DNA of 63,191 nucleotides, counting the filler, from Nemertoderma westbladi (taxonomy: Eukaryota; Animalia; Xenacoelomorpha): the NCBI GenBank assembly GCA_032718475.1. It is 3 parts of 3 records of this genome, joined end to end, with 100 filler letters (N's around TTAATTAATTAA, not from the genome) between each part and the next. Parts side by side here need not be neighbours in the genome. Positions count along the whole stretch, not along the records: positions 1 to 29,447 come from JAUCBJ010002397.1; 2 more parts are not named here. One strand, given 5' to 3'. The first letter of the stretch is position 1. Each line of letters opens with the position of its first letter. This document shows positions 13,891 through 28,107 of this stretch, piece after piece. Position numbers and translations under genes: made by a program. Below the pieces are notes generated by a model. The model was not told where the DNA came from, ran no database searches, and worked only from the letters and a program-made list of their open reading frames with translations.

Positions 13891-15463
13891 CCGATACCTA
13901 TAACAACAACAGAAGAAGTTCTCGCAGAATATTTTGTTATTATTTTTATGTTTACTGTCTTTGTGTGATAACTTTAGGTCGAAACACCATAATACTAACT
14001 CGCTCGATTATTAATTTGTTCTTATTTTCTAACATAATATAAACTGATTCTAAATACATTTTTCTTTAACAACTAAGAAAATTCTAACCTCTGTATCACT
14101 TTTGTAATTTTTTTTAAGTTTTTATATTTAAATAATTCACTTAAAGTGGTTGTTCCAGTACTGAATAATGGCATCGGATGTAAATATGTTGAAGGAATAG
14201 TTATTAATTGAGATGATGCTTCTTTAATTTCCAATAAATATTCAGAAAGAAAAAGATTTACCCTCTCGATCTAACTCTGCTGCTGCTGATGTAAATAAGT
14301 TCAATGAGTTGTTATGGGGTTGAGGCGTATTCGTTTGCATTTGATGGTATGATAGTAATTACATTGGAGGTGATTAGAATACGAATCTAGTAGGGTTTCC
14401 AATCCCACAAACATTCGATACGACCTCAACTGGCTTCCCGATAAGTAGCAGGGAAATCAGACGAAGTAAAAATGATTAAATCAATACATCTCCATTGCAC
14501 TACTAGAGATACAGCTAGTGTGGACAGTAGATAACACGTTAGAAAGGGACTTCTCACGCAATTGATTGCTATATCATATAGAACATGTCATGAGCGTCCC
14601 CATTAACTCTGATTTATTTGCTTGGGCTACCTAATCAAATATTCACATTGCAGAACATGAGGATATATTATACTGACATTTAAAATCATAAATATTTAAT
14701 GATTTTATAACGGGCTTCATATTGTACGTATTCAATTGAGTTTATGCCACTTGGTACCTAATTGTTGTACCATGTTTTTCATGCCGGAAACATCTGATCA
14801 TTTCATGCATATAGAATCAAAATAGATTGATGACTTAAAGTTAATCTGCCTATTACCCAAGAGCGATTTTATTCGTTGCACTAAAACTTTCTGAAGTCGA
14901 GTGAAATACATTTTTTTCCATCATTTCCATCTGCTGGTGGATGAATGAGTGGTTTCATTATACATCGATGGGCACAACTTATTCAGTTGGCGGTTCTACA
15001 AATCCACTCTTATCAGCTAATTTGAAGCAAATGTTTAAGTAAGACCAAAAATGACCAAGAATAAGTAATAAATACACATATACATATACATACATACATA
15101 CATATATTGCGGCTTTTTTCAACGTCTAAATGTGAAATTTATAAACACGGAAAGGATTGTAAGTTGTACTAGGCTTAATATGTTTAATGGTTTTTAATAG
15201 TGCATACTGTTGGTGCTGATCAGGCCTACTGGGCTGACAGCTACAGGCAGCACCACATTACTGACTGCCATAGTGGTATAATGATCTGGGGACCCTGATC
15301 TGAACTTATGTGAACCTGATATGTGAAAGATATATATATATAAATCATTGTAAATCACTTTCCATCATGAATTACAATATATGCGAATAATAATTATAAT
15401 ATTCAATAAAAATATTAGATTCAAATAAATATTAGCCATGATGGAACATGATGGGTTTCTTAC

Positions 15464-15684
15464 CTTAATTTATGGTCTTTAAAAAAAGCGTAAATTACCA
15501 ATGAGTTTCCCAGTGTCGTGAATAGACTCAGTATTGACATTAGACACCCCAGTATGATAGTAACTGGTAGAGACCATTTCCATTTGTGGAAATCAACAAC
15601 ATCCGAAATTGATGAATTTGATAAAGTATAGTTCAATTCAAGGAAGTTATTATCACTCAATGATAATATTGTCGTTACAGCCAT
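15464..15684 (-). CDS. Aminergic class A GPCR (histamine H3/H4-like), coding exon 1 (N-terminus + TM1)
   Basis: MAVTT... has N-glycosylation sequons (NYT, NSS) and TM1 'TTLGNSLVIYAF'. The exon ends AG|GTAAG (phase 2), and an acceptor TTTTTCAG just upstream of the ATG suggests a 5'UTR intron. Confidence 0.85.
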
Positions 15685-16171
15685 TACCTTATCTGAAAAA
15701 GTAAATAACAGAGTTACAAGAAAATAATAGAAAATTACAAAGTAAACCCGTAAATATTATCATTAAATAAGTCATCCAACCCAATGCTATATCATAATAG
15801 AATATTAATTAAAAATCAAGAATATAACTGTAGGGTGTGAGAACCAGGTGTATCCAATACAGAATAATGGATTAAATAAAATTCAACTGACGTTCAATCA
15901 CTTCAAAAATGTTTTTATTTTTTGTGAGCTATCGATAATTCGTTTTCAAATATAGGCGATATTAAATCAAATGTAGAAAATCGTTAAAAAAGAAAGTCAA
16001 ATGTTGCTGACTGAATGAACTGTACTGCTCCGTATGTATAACCCTGCACTCCTGTGGTTTGTTTTTTGAATTAATACTAAAACTTTAAAACCTATGAGAT
16101 ACAAACTTTACATAATAAGCAAACAGATTTATCATCTGTACCAGAAAGCAAGATTCAACTTCTATACTGCA

Positions 16172-16548
16172 AAGATTCCTCATGGTGAACATCCCAAGTA
16201 CAATGCACACATCTCCAACCAGACACTATATAACATAGGAGGTGTCTCATTGGTTCCCCCAAGTTTGACACTAGTACAAAGTCGCATCCGCTTTGCAGGA
16301 CATTGCTTTCGCAGTGAGGACCTGCCAGGGTATAATCTTGTGCTTTGGCGGCCTCATGGAGTGAATAAGCATGGTGGACAGCCCATGACTTTCTTGAGAC
16401 GCATCTTAAAGGACACTGGCCTTGAAGATGCGTATGATCTAGCAAATATCATGGGTGATAGGGAGTTGTGGCGGCGCAATTTTGTCGACAAGTCGGCACA
16501 GCATTCTTAAAATGCAGCTGCAATTCAGCAAGCCGATCCGAGTAGTCC
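16172..16548 (+). mobile_element. RTE LINE 3' fragment
   Basis: KYNAHISNQTLYNIGG...RFAGHCFR...GGQPMTF...DRELWR is near-identical to the 60870-61220 region. Confidence 0.9.
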
Positions 16549-18264
16549 TCATGGTGAAAGTTAAAGTAGTGGTATATTTTCTTAACCAAATCAATATATT
16601 ATTTTGAAACATTAGAACAAACCCATATTTTTTACGCATATTCTATCATCAGTAACCCCCTCCAAGTAAATTTACCCTGGAGGCTAATAACTATTACGCT
16701 GGGCCTATGTAATAATTTTAAGTTAAATATTGTACAGAGCTTATCTAGCTGGTCGAAGTTGCCAATCCCATTAATACCACTATTGGGTTCCCCGTCCATT
16801 TGTGATTGACAGAAATTAGGGGGAGAAAAATTTATGAATTCCCATAGTATGATATCCGCGTATTCATTCTCAAAGAAAGATTATTTCCAGGGCGTCGTTT
16901 TGTGGGCTGAACAAATACAAACATTTAGCAATCAGGAATTTAATATCAAAGCATGGCGATGTACTGCGCATTCAATTTCAAACTTTGCATTAACTTTAAT
17001 ACCCAAATTGATTAATTAAGTCGAGATGAATTATTCCGAAAACCGCTTCAATGAAGTTAAGTTTTGAGATCCTAAAGTGATTTGGAGGATAACTAAAGTG
17101 TCCTTGACTTAGGGAAAAGACATTGAGATGCGTTATTGTAAGCCAAAAAAAAAGAATTTTAGAAAATTATTGTTGCTTTTTACTGTAGCCCGAGAGAGGC
17201 AAACTGTAGCCTTGGAGGCGAACAACAATGATAAGAAGAAAACCTCTCGTTTTGTCTGTAGGGTCTTTTTGAAGCGAAACTTCAAAGATGAAAAAGTCTG
17301 TAATAATATGTGGAAATAAAACGACAGTGCATGTGATTGATCATTGAACATAATTACTCAAACCAAATGATTTATTATGTTAATAAATACTACTATAATC
17401 GGCCTACTACAATGAAACTGCACATTGAGATGCTATGCCAGCTTAACATATATCTAGAAGATGTATCTCTCATTCTCTAGAAACAGAGACTGGACGATAT
17501 TACAATATACCAGCGCTGGATAGGAAATGCTCCTTATGCCAGAGTAGTGATATGGAAGATGAGATCATTTTATTTTCAATTGTCCTACAGTATCTATAGT
17601 GACTTACGATCTAGATATATAGAACGACTTTTCGCAATGTTCAAAAGTTTGTTTAAAAGTTATAGTAAATTTTGTCTGGTTGTGATGCACAGTGCATGCT
17701 TAATGTATGTGGGTCATGAATATATGTTAAAACCGGAATAATGTCTAATAACAAATATATAGTCAGACCAAGTGCAAACAATATAGTGCTGGGCCGTCTG
17801 TCATGCAGTGCACCCTATGACGGTAGTGAGTATCTGACGAGGAACTACTGCTGTCCTGTCTACTCGGTAGGTAGTATCCCGAGTCTGTGTGTCTGTGTAG
17901 TCTATGACTCATGGTGAGTCATCTCTACTGTACCGTAGTCGCTGAGTATCTGCTGGTATGGGGCGAGCCATGTCGTGTGGCGAGTTCGTATCACTACACT
18001 TAACATTGGGTATTTATTTTAACATTTGTGATAGTTTTGGGTTTGTATGTACTCTATATTCTTGTATTGTATTTTCAGACTAACTTCACAGATTTATATT
18101 TATCACTTGTGCTATTTTTGGGTTTGTTCTTCACTATGTACTCTTTATTCTATTCTATGTTTTGCTTCTTGTCCAAAGACCCTTATTGGGGTATATGGAG
18201 CTTTAATAAAATAATCTAAAAAAAAACTATTTTGTCACCATCATGCAATCCACAATTGGCAAGC

Positions 18265-19641
18265 CAAATATAGCGTGAATTAAGAATGCTATGCCGGCTT
18301 ATCAACGAAGTTGAACCATCACAACTCCCTATCCACCATGACATTCACGAGATTATCCGCATCATCAAGGCCAGTAGGAGGCGTCTCACGAAAGTCATGG
18401 GCTGTCCACCATGCTTATTTTCTTCATGGGACTTCCAAAGTACAAGATTATGCACTGGCTGGTCCACATGGCGAAAGCAATGTCCTGCAAAGCGGAGGCG
18501 ATTTTGTTCTAGTGTCAAGCTTGGGCGAACCAATGAGACACCTCCAATGTTATATAGTGTCTGGTTGGAGATGTGTGCATTGTACTTGACACAATGAACC
18601 CGGCGTAGCATTCTTGTGACTGTGCCATCCAGAGATTTGGTGTCCTCGGCAGTTAGAGCCCAGCATGGACTCCCATAGAGGAGTACTGGAACTACCTGGA
18701 CCTTAAGTTTCCGATTAATTCTCGGTGACTTCCAAATCCTGGAAAGCCTATTCAAGTCTGCCCATGCCTTTCCCTTACGTATTCGAAGGTCCTCACCTGA
18801 CTTCCGGATCCATGATCCCAGGTTAAAGAAGTCATCCACATGCTCAAGCATACCATCTTTTGAGCTTATGTTCATCCGATCAGAGACTTGTTAACTGTCA
18901 AAATTTTGGTCTTTCTGGAGTTAATAAAAAGACCAACACTAGAAGCAGCATGTTCTAATGAGCTGAGGAGCCGTTGGGCTCCCTCTAGTGATTCTGAGAG
19001 TACTCCTAAGTCATCAGCAAAGTCTAGATTATTTAGGTACTTGGCAGGATTTCCTCGACTTCTGGAGCCAGTAGGTGGAGTTATCATCACCCCATCATCA
19101 TTATGATGATCTAAGGACATGCGTAGAACATAGTCAACAACAATTATGAACAAGAATGGTGCAAGTGTGTCTCCCTGGAGGACGCCCCATAACACTTCAA
19201 ATGGTTCTGTGTCACCGTCAACAGTAGACACAAATGTTGTCGAACCATCGTATACTGATCTGATTGCTGCAATAATTTCATCAGGAATCCCATATAATGA
19301 AAGTATGCTGAACATACGTGAGCGAGAGACTGAATCAAAGGCCTTGAAGAAGTCAACAAAGATAACAGCCAGATGCCTGTCTTTCTTTTTTGATAACTCT
19401 ACAATTATCCTTCTAAGTGCCAAAATGGGCTCCATGGTCCCACGACCTTTATGGAACCCATTATGATTTCCACGGAGCAGTCTCTCAATGTGATCCCTGA
19501 TGCGATTTAATAGAATTCTATTGTATAGCTTTGCAGCAATCGAGATCAATGAGATTCCCCGAAAAGAACCAAAGAATGTTAGGTTGCCCTTCTTAGGAAC
19601 TGGCACCAACTTATTTGTTTTCATTTCTTGTGGGACTCTTG
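18265..19641 (-). mobile_element. 5'-truncated RTE LINE (RT domain + C-terminus), frameshifted
   Basis: PVPKKGN, FRGISL, FVDFFKAFDSV, GVLQGDTLAPFLF, LDFADDL and the RTE-type C-terminus. Confidence 0.95.
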
Positions 19642-20041
19642 TAAATTTCCTTTATGAATGCTGATAGGCTAATTGTTGGTTGGCTCTGATTGGCTGTCGC
19701 CATTAGTAATATATTGGCTATATTAAATATATCCTTGCCCTATCGTGAACAAAGGCAATAAAAACCATAGAGAATCGATAAGAAACATCGGCCTATTTCC
19801 TTTGTAAATTATTTTTGAACTCTAAACATTATCAACACATTTTACCGCCCGCAATGCATGAAGTGAAGAATATGTCGTCTTAGCGTATTCCTCTATACAG
19901 TAGAGTAAACATGTATAGCATACATTAGTGTTGAAAGCATTTGATGGTTGTGGGTTATTTATTGAACATACCGTATTGTGTCTTATTTTAGTACTGACTC
20001 GCTTGGAATACGTTGGCCTACTAATGATAAACGACGTATAG

Positions 20042-20210
20042 GCATAGTTATGGGTAGCACCTACGCGTAGTTATACGTAGCACCTACGCGTAGCTACTCG
20101 TAGCACCTACGCGTAGTTATTGTTAAAACTCTGAAACTGGTGATATATGACCCAATGTTGCGAACTACGCGTAGCTACGCGTAGGCCTACGCGTAGGTCG
20201 AAAAGATTTA
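20042..20210. repeat. CTACGCGTAG palindromic repeat cluster (MITE subterminal repeats)
   Basis: Three 21-bp tandem units TAGCACCTACGCGTAG... plus three more CTACGCGTAG copies at 20165-20196. Confidence 0.7.
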
Positions 20211-20489
20211 CCCGATTTTATTATTATATCATGCATGAAATGTTCTATGACATGTTATCTATTTGATACTAGTATACACCATGTCCTAGAATATAGTGTC
20301 GTAATTCAGTGACACGCCCCCCCCCCCCCCCCCTAATTTTGGTAGACTCGAATCGCTAGATCGATATTTGTATCTATCCGAGCTTTTTCGACTGGAGGAT
20401 CGGTGTCTTCCCCGTGGATATTGGTTTTTCCCGGTTCCGGACATTGCCCCTACCGACAGGTGCGGTGGGCCAGACCTCGACCTCGACAT

Positions 20490-20910
20490 GAGTTTTGCGT
20501 TACCCTCAAAAAACCTTTACCCTCCGGGAAAAACCAATATCCACGGGGAAGATACCGATCCTCCAGTCGAAAAAGCTCGGATAGATACAAATATCGATCT
20601 CGCGATTCGAGTCTACCTAAATGTACCAAATGCGGCTACGAAAGCCACGGGCCGGCTCAAACCTGCCCAGCCCAAGGTAAAACTTGCAACCGTTGTAAAA
20701 AGAGAAACCACTTTGCTAGTGTTTGTAAAAGTAAAGTGGCCGATAAATCGGAAGCATTGGTTAGCGATGAAATTTTTACCCAGGTGTCTGTTCATGTTGG
20801 ATCTTGTGTTCAAGATAAACAATCTGTCATTACTGTATTTTTGACTCTCAATTTAGATAAAAATAAACAAATTTTTGAAAGTTGTGCAATTCCGGACACC
20901 GGATCCGATA
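20490..20910 (+). mobile_element. Ty3/Gypsy-type gag zinc-knuckle + protease fragment
   Basis: CTKCGYESH...CPAQGKTCNRCKKRNHFASVC is a double knuckle, followed by the aspartic protease motif PDTGSD. It is cut by an RTE tail. Confidence 0.8.
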
Positions 20911-21657
20911 CTACTACTACTAGGATCGGCATGCTGCATTGCAGCTGCATTTTTAAGAATGCTGTGCCGGCTTATCGACAAAATTGCACCGCCACAACTC
21001 CCTATCACCCATGACATTTGCTAGATCATCCGCATCTTCAAGGCCAGTGTCCTTTAAGATGCGTCTCAAGAAAGTCATGGGCTGTCCACCATGCTTATTC
21101 ACTCCATGAGGCTGCCAAAGTACAAGATTATGCACTGGCTGGTCCACACGGCGAAAGCAATGTCCTGCAACGCGGACGCGATTTTGTTCAAGTGTCAAGC
21201 TTGGGGGAACCAATGAGACACCTCCAATGTTATATAGTGTCTGGATGGAGATGTGTGCATTGTAATTTACACAGTGAACACAACGTAGCATTCTTGTGAA
21301 TGTGCCATCCAGAGATTTGATGTCCTCAGTAGTGTGAGCCCAGCATGGACTCCCATAGAGGAGTACTGGTACTACTGCTGCTCTAAAAAATCGGAACTTA
21401 TGTTTACTATGAACTGTTGTCTTTCAAATCCTGGAAAGCCTATTCAATGCTGCCCATGCCTTTCACTTACGTATTCGAAGGTCGTCACCTGACAACCGGA
21501 TCCATGATTCCAGGTAACAGAAGTCGTACTCAAACTCAACACATGCTCAAGCATACCAGAACATATATCTTAGTCAACCACAATTATGAATAAGAATGGT
21601 CCAAGGGTGTCTCACTGGAGGACTTTCCATAACACTTCGAATGGTTCTGTGTCACCA
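20911..21657 (-). mobile_element. RTE LINE 3' fragment with internal deletions and (TAG)n tail
   Basis: Near-identical to the other RTE copies; CTACTACTACTAG tail at 20911-20923. Confidence 0.9.
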
Positions 21658-22067
21658 TGCATGTTAATAAATACTAAAGTACTATACAGCAAAACTCTGC
21701 GCATAAAAGTACTAATTTCTTACCCACCCTCAGCAAAATGCTCCAATAAAATGATAAACTAATTATTGTCTGTTCGAGAATGGAATATAATACCTGAAAC
21801 AAATTTATCCGCATAACTTCTGATTATAACTAATCGAAGTATAACTAATCGAGTTAATCAGTATTGATTAATCAGTACATACTTCCAATACCAGCACTTC
21901 CATAACCCTAATACCAGAATACTGCAGTACTGTAATACAATAATAGACGAGGCTGTACGCGCTTACTCGACCTGTGTTGAGTTTCATACGACTGTTATTA
22001 TAAATAGGGCTTCTTTATTTCTTTCTTTCTTTGTTTTCTTGTTATTGTTTCATTGTTTGCATCTAAC

Positions 22068-22565
22068 ATGGCTTCTGATAGTACTAACATAGTATTGTAC
22101 TGGAGTTCAGGGAGTCCACCATGTTGGAGAGCATTGATATCTCTGTTCGAGAAACAGTTGGGCGGGTTTGAATCCAACCTCAATGAATTCTCCAAGAGAG
22201 GCCACAAGTCGCCGGAGGTACTTGCCCTGAACCCCAGGGGACAAGTCCCGACATTCCGGCATGGGGACACCATAGTTAACGAATCGGTGGCCATTTGTTT
22301 TTACCTCGAGAACGTTTTTAAGAATCAAGGAACCAAACTATTACCCGAGTATCACAAGGAGTTAGCAACTGCACTCCAACGAACTCTTGAAGTTCTTTCA
22401 CTTGCTATGAAAGGTCGCGCCGTCGTTTACAAACATCAGGGAATTACCGATGATGAGTTAAAGCAAAGAAGCAGGATTTGTCCAAGGAGTTTGGAGTTTG
22501 GAAAGGTTATCTTAAGTCAGAGTATTTCGGATGTCATGATGTTCCCTCAACTTGCCTATTTTGAA
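22068..22565 (+). pseudogene. Rho-class-like glutathione S-transferase, intronless, frameshifted/deleted C-terminus
   Basis: The N-domain LYWSSGSPPCWR...HKSPEVLALNPRGQVPTF...NESVAICFYLE is typical of rho-class GST. Near 22463 the GST-like helix (KKQDLSKEFGVWKGYL) lies in another frame, and the segment before 'SDVMMFPQLAYF' appears shortened. Confidence 0.75.
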
Positions 22566-23259
22566 TATAATATGATTTATTTGCAGAAGTATATTCTCCT
22601 GGAAATTTTGCTGAATATTAGTATATTTGTCTGGAAATTTGTATATTAACCTCTAAAATTCGCCGCTGTTTTTTAAGCAATACGTTCTAGAATCAAAATA
22701 CTTTACTGTTATCCAGTAACATTCTAGAATATCACCCTTTCGCGTATAATTTATTAAATTTTGTTCCGAAATATTATTTAGCTATTATTTTGTATGGTAA
22801 GCATAGCAAGTGGGAATTTTCTAAGCATCTAACGATAGCGAAAGTGTTAATGCTATATTTATAGTTTACTATAAGCCGTTGGTGTTACACATCATAACAA
22901 CAAGAGGCAGTTTATTTGTTAAATAATTCTAAAACGATGCTCGAAAAAGGTTATTAAATGAATTTGAGTTGAGCTGTTAAATCAATTGTTAACTGGTTTG
23001 TAATAGAAATTATGGTTTTGTTCAGAAAATGACATACGGAAATCATCATGGATTGAAATTGAAATCCGTTACGATAGGCTTATTCTCTCCAAAATCAGCA
23101 GCACAAAACGTGAGGATTAAGTTTAGCTATTCCAACTCCATCCCAGTTCCACCTTGCGTAGCAGTGCTTTAAATATATAATTTTTTGTAGTACAATCCAT
23201 TACTAGCTAGTATAATATCATAATATTTCCCATTTTTCGGCTAATTGTTTTTCAATACA

Positions 23260-24408
23260 GGTTTTCTGGGGCGCAAAATACATTGGAAAATATTTAAAAA
23301 TGATATGATTACTATAAATGGCTGTTTAGTCCTCTCTGCATAGGAAAAAAATGAAAAAAACAAGTAACCAGCGCTTTTCAGTTAGAACACAAAACTTTTA
23401 ATTCACATATACGATGCTATAAATTCACATTTTCAGGTTTTCGAAGGCGCTGATTCTAATGGAATACATTTCTAATATGCCAGATCATTGCTACTTGTAT
23501 TTTTCGGCGTAATTTGGCAAATTTTGGTGCTAGCAACAAATTTCGTACCCATCACCAAAAAGTACAAGTTTGCGATGTCCAGTGCTGTTTTTATTGATTC
23601 CATCGGATTCAGGACCCTCATAAACCCGTATAACGCAAGAAACAAGATGATGCTATCTACTGATCAATTTGCTTATTTCAAAAATTTGGTGCTGGCACAT
23701 CAATTTTCACCCACCGGCGAAAGATACAAGTTTGAAAACTCTTATGAAATTTTTAATGATTCCATTGAATTCAGAACCTTCACAAAACCGTATAACGCAA
23801 GATTAATTGATATATTTGGTGGTTTTCATAATTTGGTGCTAGCATCACATTTTGCACCCACTTCCGAAAAATACAAGTTTGAGATATCTAGTTCGATAAT
23901 TATATATTCCATTGAATTTAGAACAGCCATAAACCTTTAAAACGCAAGAAATAAATTTTCGCAAGCAATTTTATCTTTTGAATGGATTTTCAAAATTTCG
24001 TGCTAGCACCAAAATTTGCACCAGCACCGAAAATTACAAGTTTGATACGCTTGGTGCAACTCGTATATATCCCATCGAAACCAGAACCCAAAAAACCAAT
24101 TGCTAACACCAAAAAAGCCGGTGTAAATCAAAAATAGAAATGGTACGTATCATATTTATGAAATGTGATATGCAAAAAACGTCTCAAAAAAAGTGCCAAA
24201 AGTAGGGTTAAGAAATGGTGCTATAACTCGAGAACTACCCAATATTTTTGAAAACGGTTTTCACTACTAGGAAGACAATCGATTTTTAGCAAAAGTCATA
24301 AAATTTCAGAATCCAAACTGCGTTTGTTTCAGAATTATAATAAAAAAACCACGGGATTGGGACATTTTGACCCCCCCCCCCCCCCCCCCCCCGGGTTTAA
24401 TAGGGTTA
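23260..24408. mobile_element. piggyBac-like non-autonomous element with ~130-150-bp internal tandem repeats
   Basis: Four diverged TTTGGTGCTAGCA...TACAAGTTTG...TTCCAT.GAATT units; terminus ...TAGGG|TTAA. The left boundary is approximate. Confidence 0.6.
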
Positions 24409-27400
24409 AGTGATTTGTTGGTACTAGAGGAAAGCTGGGGCGTGCAAGGATTCCAAATATGTAATATTTGAATTTGGTGCAACGGTGTTAACGGAGAGTA
24501 ACGGACAGTTATACGGTTATTCGAATGTTGCATAAGTGATTAAATAATAAACATATATTTGTTTCAACAAATAATAACCATAAAAAAATGAGATAAGGTC
24601 AGTTAGGCCGAAACGTACGTACAGCGCTAGTTACAAACCCGGCGACGTGCTTCCCATTTTTTCAATTTCTGAACAAAACAATATTGATCTGTGGTGGCTG
24701 GAGGATGGCGCCTCTTTGGCCTGCCCACACCTCCGTAAATCACTCAGTTCCGATGGTACATTACTGCACAAACTGGCGTAAGGGGAAAAACCACAATAAT
24801 TTTTCGCTCTTGTGCCTTATTAGTTTTTTAGATTTTATTGACAAATTTGATGGTGGTCTTAAAGTTGTATTATATATGAATAATGCTCATCGGTAAAGAA
24901 AAATTAGGCTAAATTTAAAAAAATCAATAGTTGTTATTTTTGTTGTATATATAATATTTACGGTAATTAATTATTACAAAAAAACATATTGTATCTTGTC
25001 ATTCATTATTATGACAAACAAAAAAGCATGGTGCAACTTAACAAATTGATCACTTTAATATTATTTTTTTAAACAATGTAGATATATCGCCGTTTATAAA
25101 TTTGAAATCGGTGCTCTTCCCATTGGAGTAATAGTTGAACTCACCAACAGATCACTCACCCCTTCCCCAGAGCACCTACAAACGTATATGTTTTGTTTTT
25201 GTAAATAAATTTAGCCATGCAGTACACAATTCCTTCACCTCATTAGAGAATAATTACTAAGTACATTTTGTGGAATAAATCATCATGTAATTAAATTACA
25301 CTGTGAAAACCATAGTGGGGATATCAAATAACAAATATAGGGCGTTTCTCAATTTTCCTCATAAATAGTGTGTTTTGACCAGGGGGGTTAAGTCTAAGGA
25401 GGTTTTTGTATGCCGAACTTTGGCAACGTAAAATAAAAAATCAATAAGGTATGTTATAGTTATGTTATATGGTGAATTTGTTGTCCTAGTGATTGGTTGC
25501 ATTAGTAGGGCCTACACCTACTCGGAGAGGAAACCATTGAAAAAATTTAATCCAAGAAAAGGTTTGTTATTTACAGATTCATAACATGTCCATTGCACGT
25601 GCTTCTCAAATAATGCCCACAAACAGGAAAGAGTAGAGTATGCCCTTAGCCCTTGTGTTTTTGCAGAGTATTCCCTTTTTAAACAGTTGATATCGTCAGG
25701 ATGTAAGTAAGTGCAAAATCTGCAGCAGGGTAAACAAATCTTGATTAAAATCCCATCCCACCCCATTATAAGTTCTATCGAAGTGAAATATCCCAAGGCC
25801 ACTTAAACGAAACAACTCAAGAAAACTAAGGAACCTCATATGAAACATAGATTAATCCTATAAGAAACAGTTCTTCATAGCCTTTGGAAAAGAATCCATA
25901 GTTTTTTCCAATTAATCTCCTGAAATTAAAAAGCAGCCTCTTCACTTTGCAAAGTATGTTTCTTCACTAAATGTCACTTCATGAGCACATCTCATGGCTC
26001 TAGCATTACATCGTGTTCTCTAGGGAAATTATTTCCTAATTAATCTTAGATATACGATCCAAAAGACAAAAATCTATAAGCATTTATGTAATTCCTTAAA
26101 GACGAACTGCCATTTGTGTATAGGTGTGGTTATTCAACCTACAGATTATGTCGGATCATGCTGCTTGTTACATTAATCTTCACCTTCATACCATACATAA
26201 TCACATACATAATTGAACAGAAAATAGCAACAATATTCAGACTACAATACAATAATCCCAACAATCAAACTTTAAATCGTATTATGCTAATATTTCTATA
26301 GCAAAGTCGGATACTTATCAATGGACAAACACGCAATAGTAATTTTGACGGACTGGAATTGTTTATATCTGGTAATGAGGTAGTGGTATGTGTCCAGGCC
26401 ATTCCAACACTTACAATAGAATCAACAGCACCCTTGAAAACTTATATATCTATAAAAATATAGTATGTCGGCATGATTTTTAAATATTTGTGTGACTTGC
26501 CTACCCAATGTTCCACAAAGTGGAACTACTATACAAGCAGTTTAGGCCATTCGAAACATTGTGACAATCGAATCAGCTAATCCCGCCTTCCATTAAATAA
26601 CTATCACTATTACTGAGACTACCTGAACCTTACGACCATTTTTGTGATTTAGGGAAATTAAATTTGCTGTGAAGTGTGTAGAGAAACTTTACATATTTTC
26701 ATTCATAACACATGTATCGTATATTATATATCATATTGCCTGATTTTTCCGTTATATTTCCATTACATGAATTCCACAAACAAAGTACCCCTATTTCAAG
26801 GAAATGGAGACTAAATGAGATTTAGTTCAAAATAGTAATAACCCATTATTTTTTTGTGTTTTTTCTAAAGGTTGTTGATCCTCAAAAAAATTGTTATTTC
26901 GAAAGTTGTTCAAAAGTTCGAGAAGAGGATTTTATTTGAAAAGGATCTTCTTCTCACTAATATTTTTTAAATGGAATTAATTAATCTAACTTTTTTTCAC
27001 TAATTACCCGAAAATAGTTTAAAAAAGTCTTTTTTTAACTAATTTTTGTGGAAAATTTGTTTAAAAAAGTCTTTTTTAAACTAATTTTTGTGGAAAATTA
27101 GTTTAAAAAATTATTCTTTTGACTAATTTTGCTTACTGAACAACTAGCTCACGTCACACAGCATTCCTTAGTACAGTACCGGCACCGGTACTTGTACACG
27201 GTAACACAGAAGGCCTAGTACTGTCTGACTGCACAGTACTATCTGACTGCAATTGGTGCCACCTGTCACAGATGTCATAGATAGACCTGTCTCATCCTCA
27301 GATCGTACTGAATGGCTGTTAGCAGTACCGGTAGTACTGTAGGCCTAAATATAATTTTCAAATGGTTCCAATCTATAGAGTTGCTGTAACGTACCTGAAA

Positions 27401-27637
27401 GTTTCCACAGCGTTAACTAGGTAAAAAAGCTTAACATTTATGGGGTTTCAAAAGGTTGAAATGTTCCACAGAGTAAAAGATTTCACATGATAAAATGCTC
27501 CACATGCCTAATAATTTCACAGGGTAAATGATTTGAAGTTACGGTATATTCAGGACAACATGTTCAGTATTATTATTATTATAAATTATCAACATCTATG
27601 TGCAGTAAATACTATAGGTATAGTTGTTAATAATTAA

Positions 27638-28107
27638 CCCTTTGGGTACTAACTCGTTATTATTGCCCGGATTGTCCGTCGAAACCGTCTTTATGCATTG
27701 GTTGTGCAGCCACTTGGCACAAGGAGTTTGTTCATTAGTTACGAAATTATACTGTTCATTCATAATGATGTGTATATATATAATATATACATATATGCAA
27801 TTATATATTAATAGTATTTTATATTATATAATAATGATACCATACCGATGCATGATAATAATAAAAATTATTATATTTACATTTTAATAATATTTGCATG
27901 AAAATTTCATATATTCATATATACTATATATATATATATATATATAAATTTATATAATATATATATCGTGTATATGATGTTTATAAATGTAATTACATTT
28001 TTTAACTCTAAATGGATTAATATTACTAGTATAATCGCATTTTTTCATATATATTTTCTTTTGGCGCCTGGGTGTCCAATTTTGGAGAAGTTTTAGTACC
28101 CAAAGGG
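27638..28107. mobile_element. piggyBac-type MITE
   Basis: Perfect 15-bp TIR CCCTTTGGGTACTAA / TTAGTACCCAAAGGG, with TTAA on both sides. Confidence 0.9.

Noticed and set aside
17725-18005. Possible solo LTR (TGTTAA...TTAACA)
   Set aside because: No TSD, PBS or second copy is visible, so the evidence is insufficient.
23488-23940. 150-aa repetitive ORF
   Set aside because: It lies in the internal tandem repeats of a non-autonomous element, has a non-ATG start and no recognisable domain.
25500-26560. Possible decayed helicase/transposase (VGKSH P-loop-like)
   Set aside because: The frames are fragmented and no second motif could be confirmed by eye.
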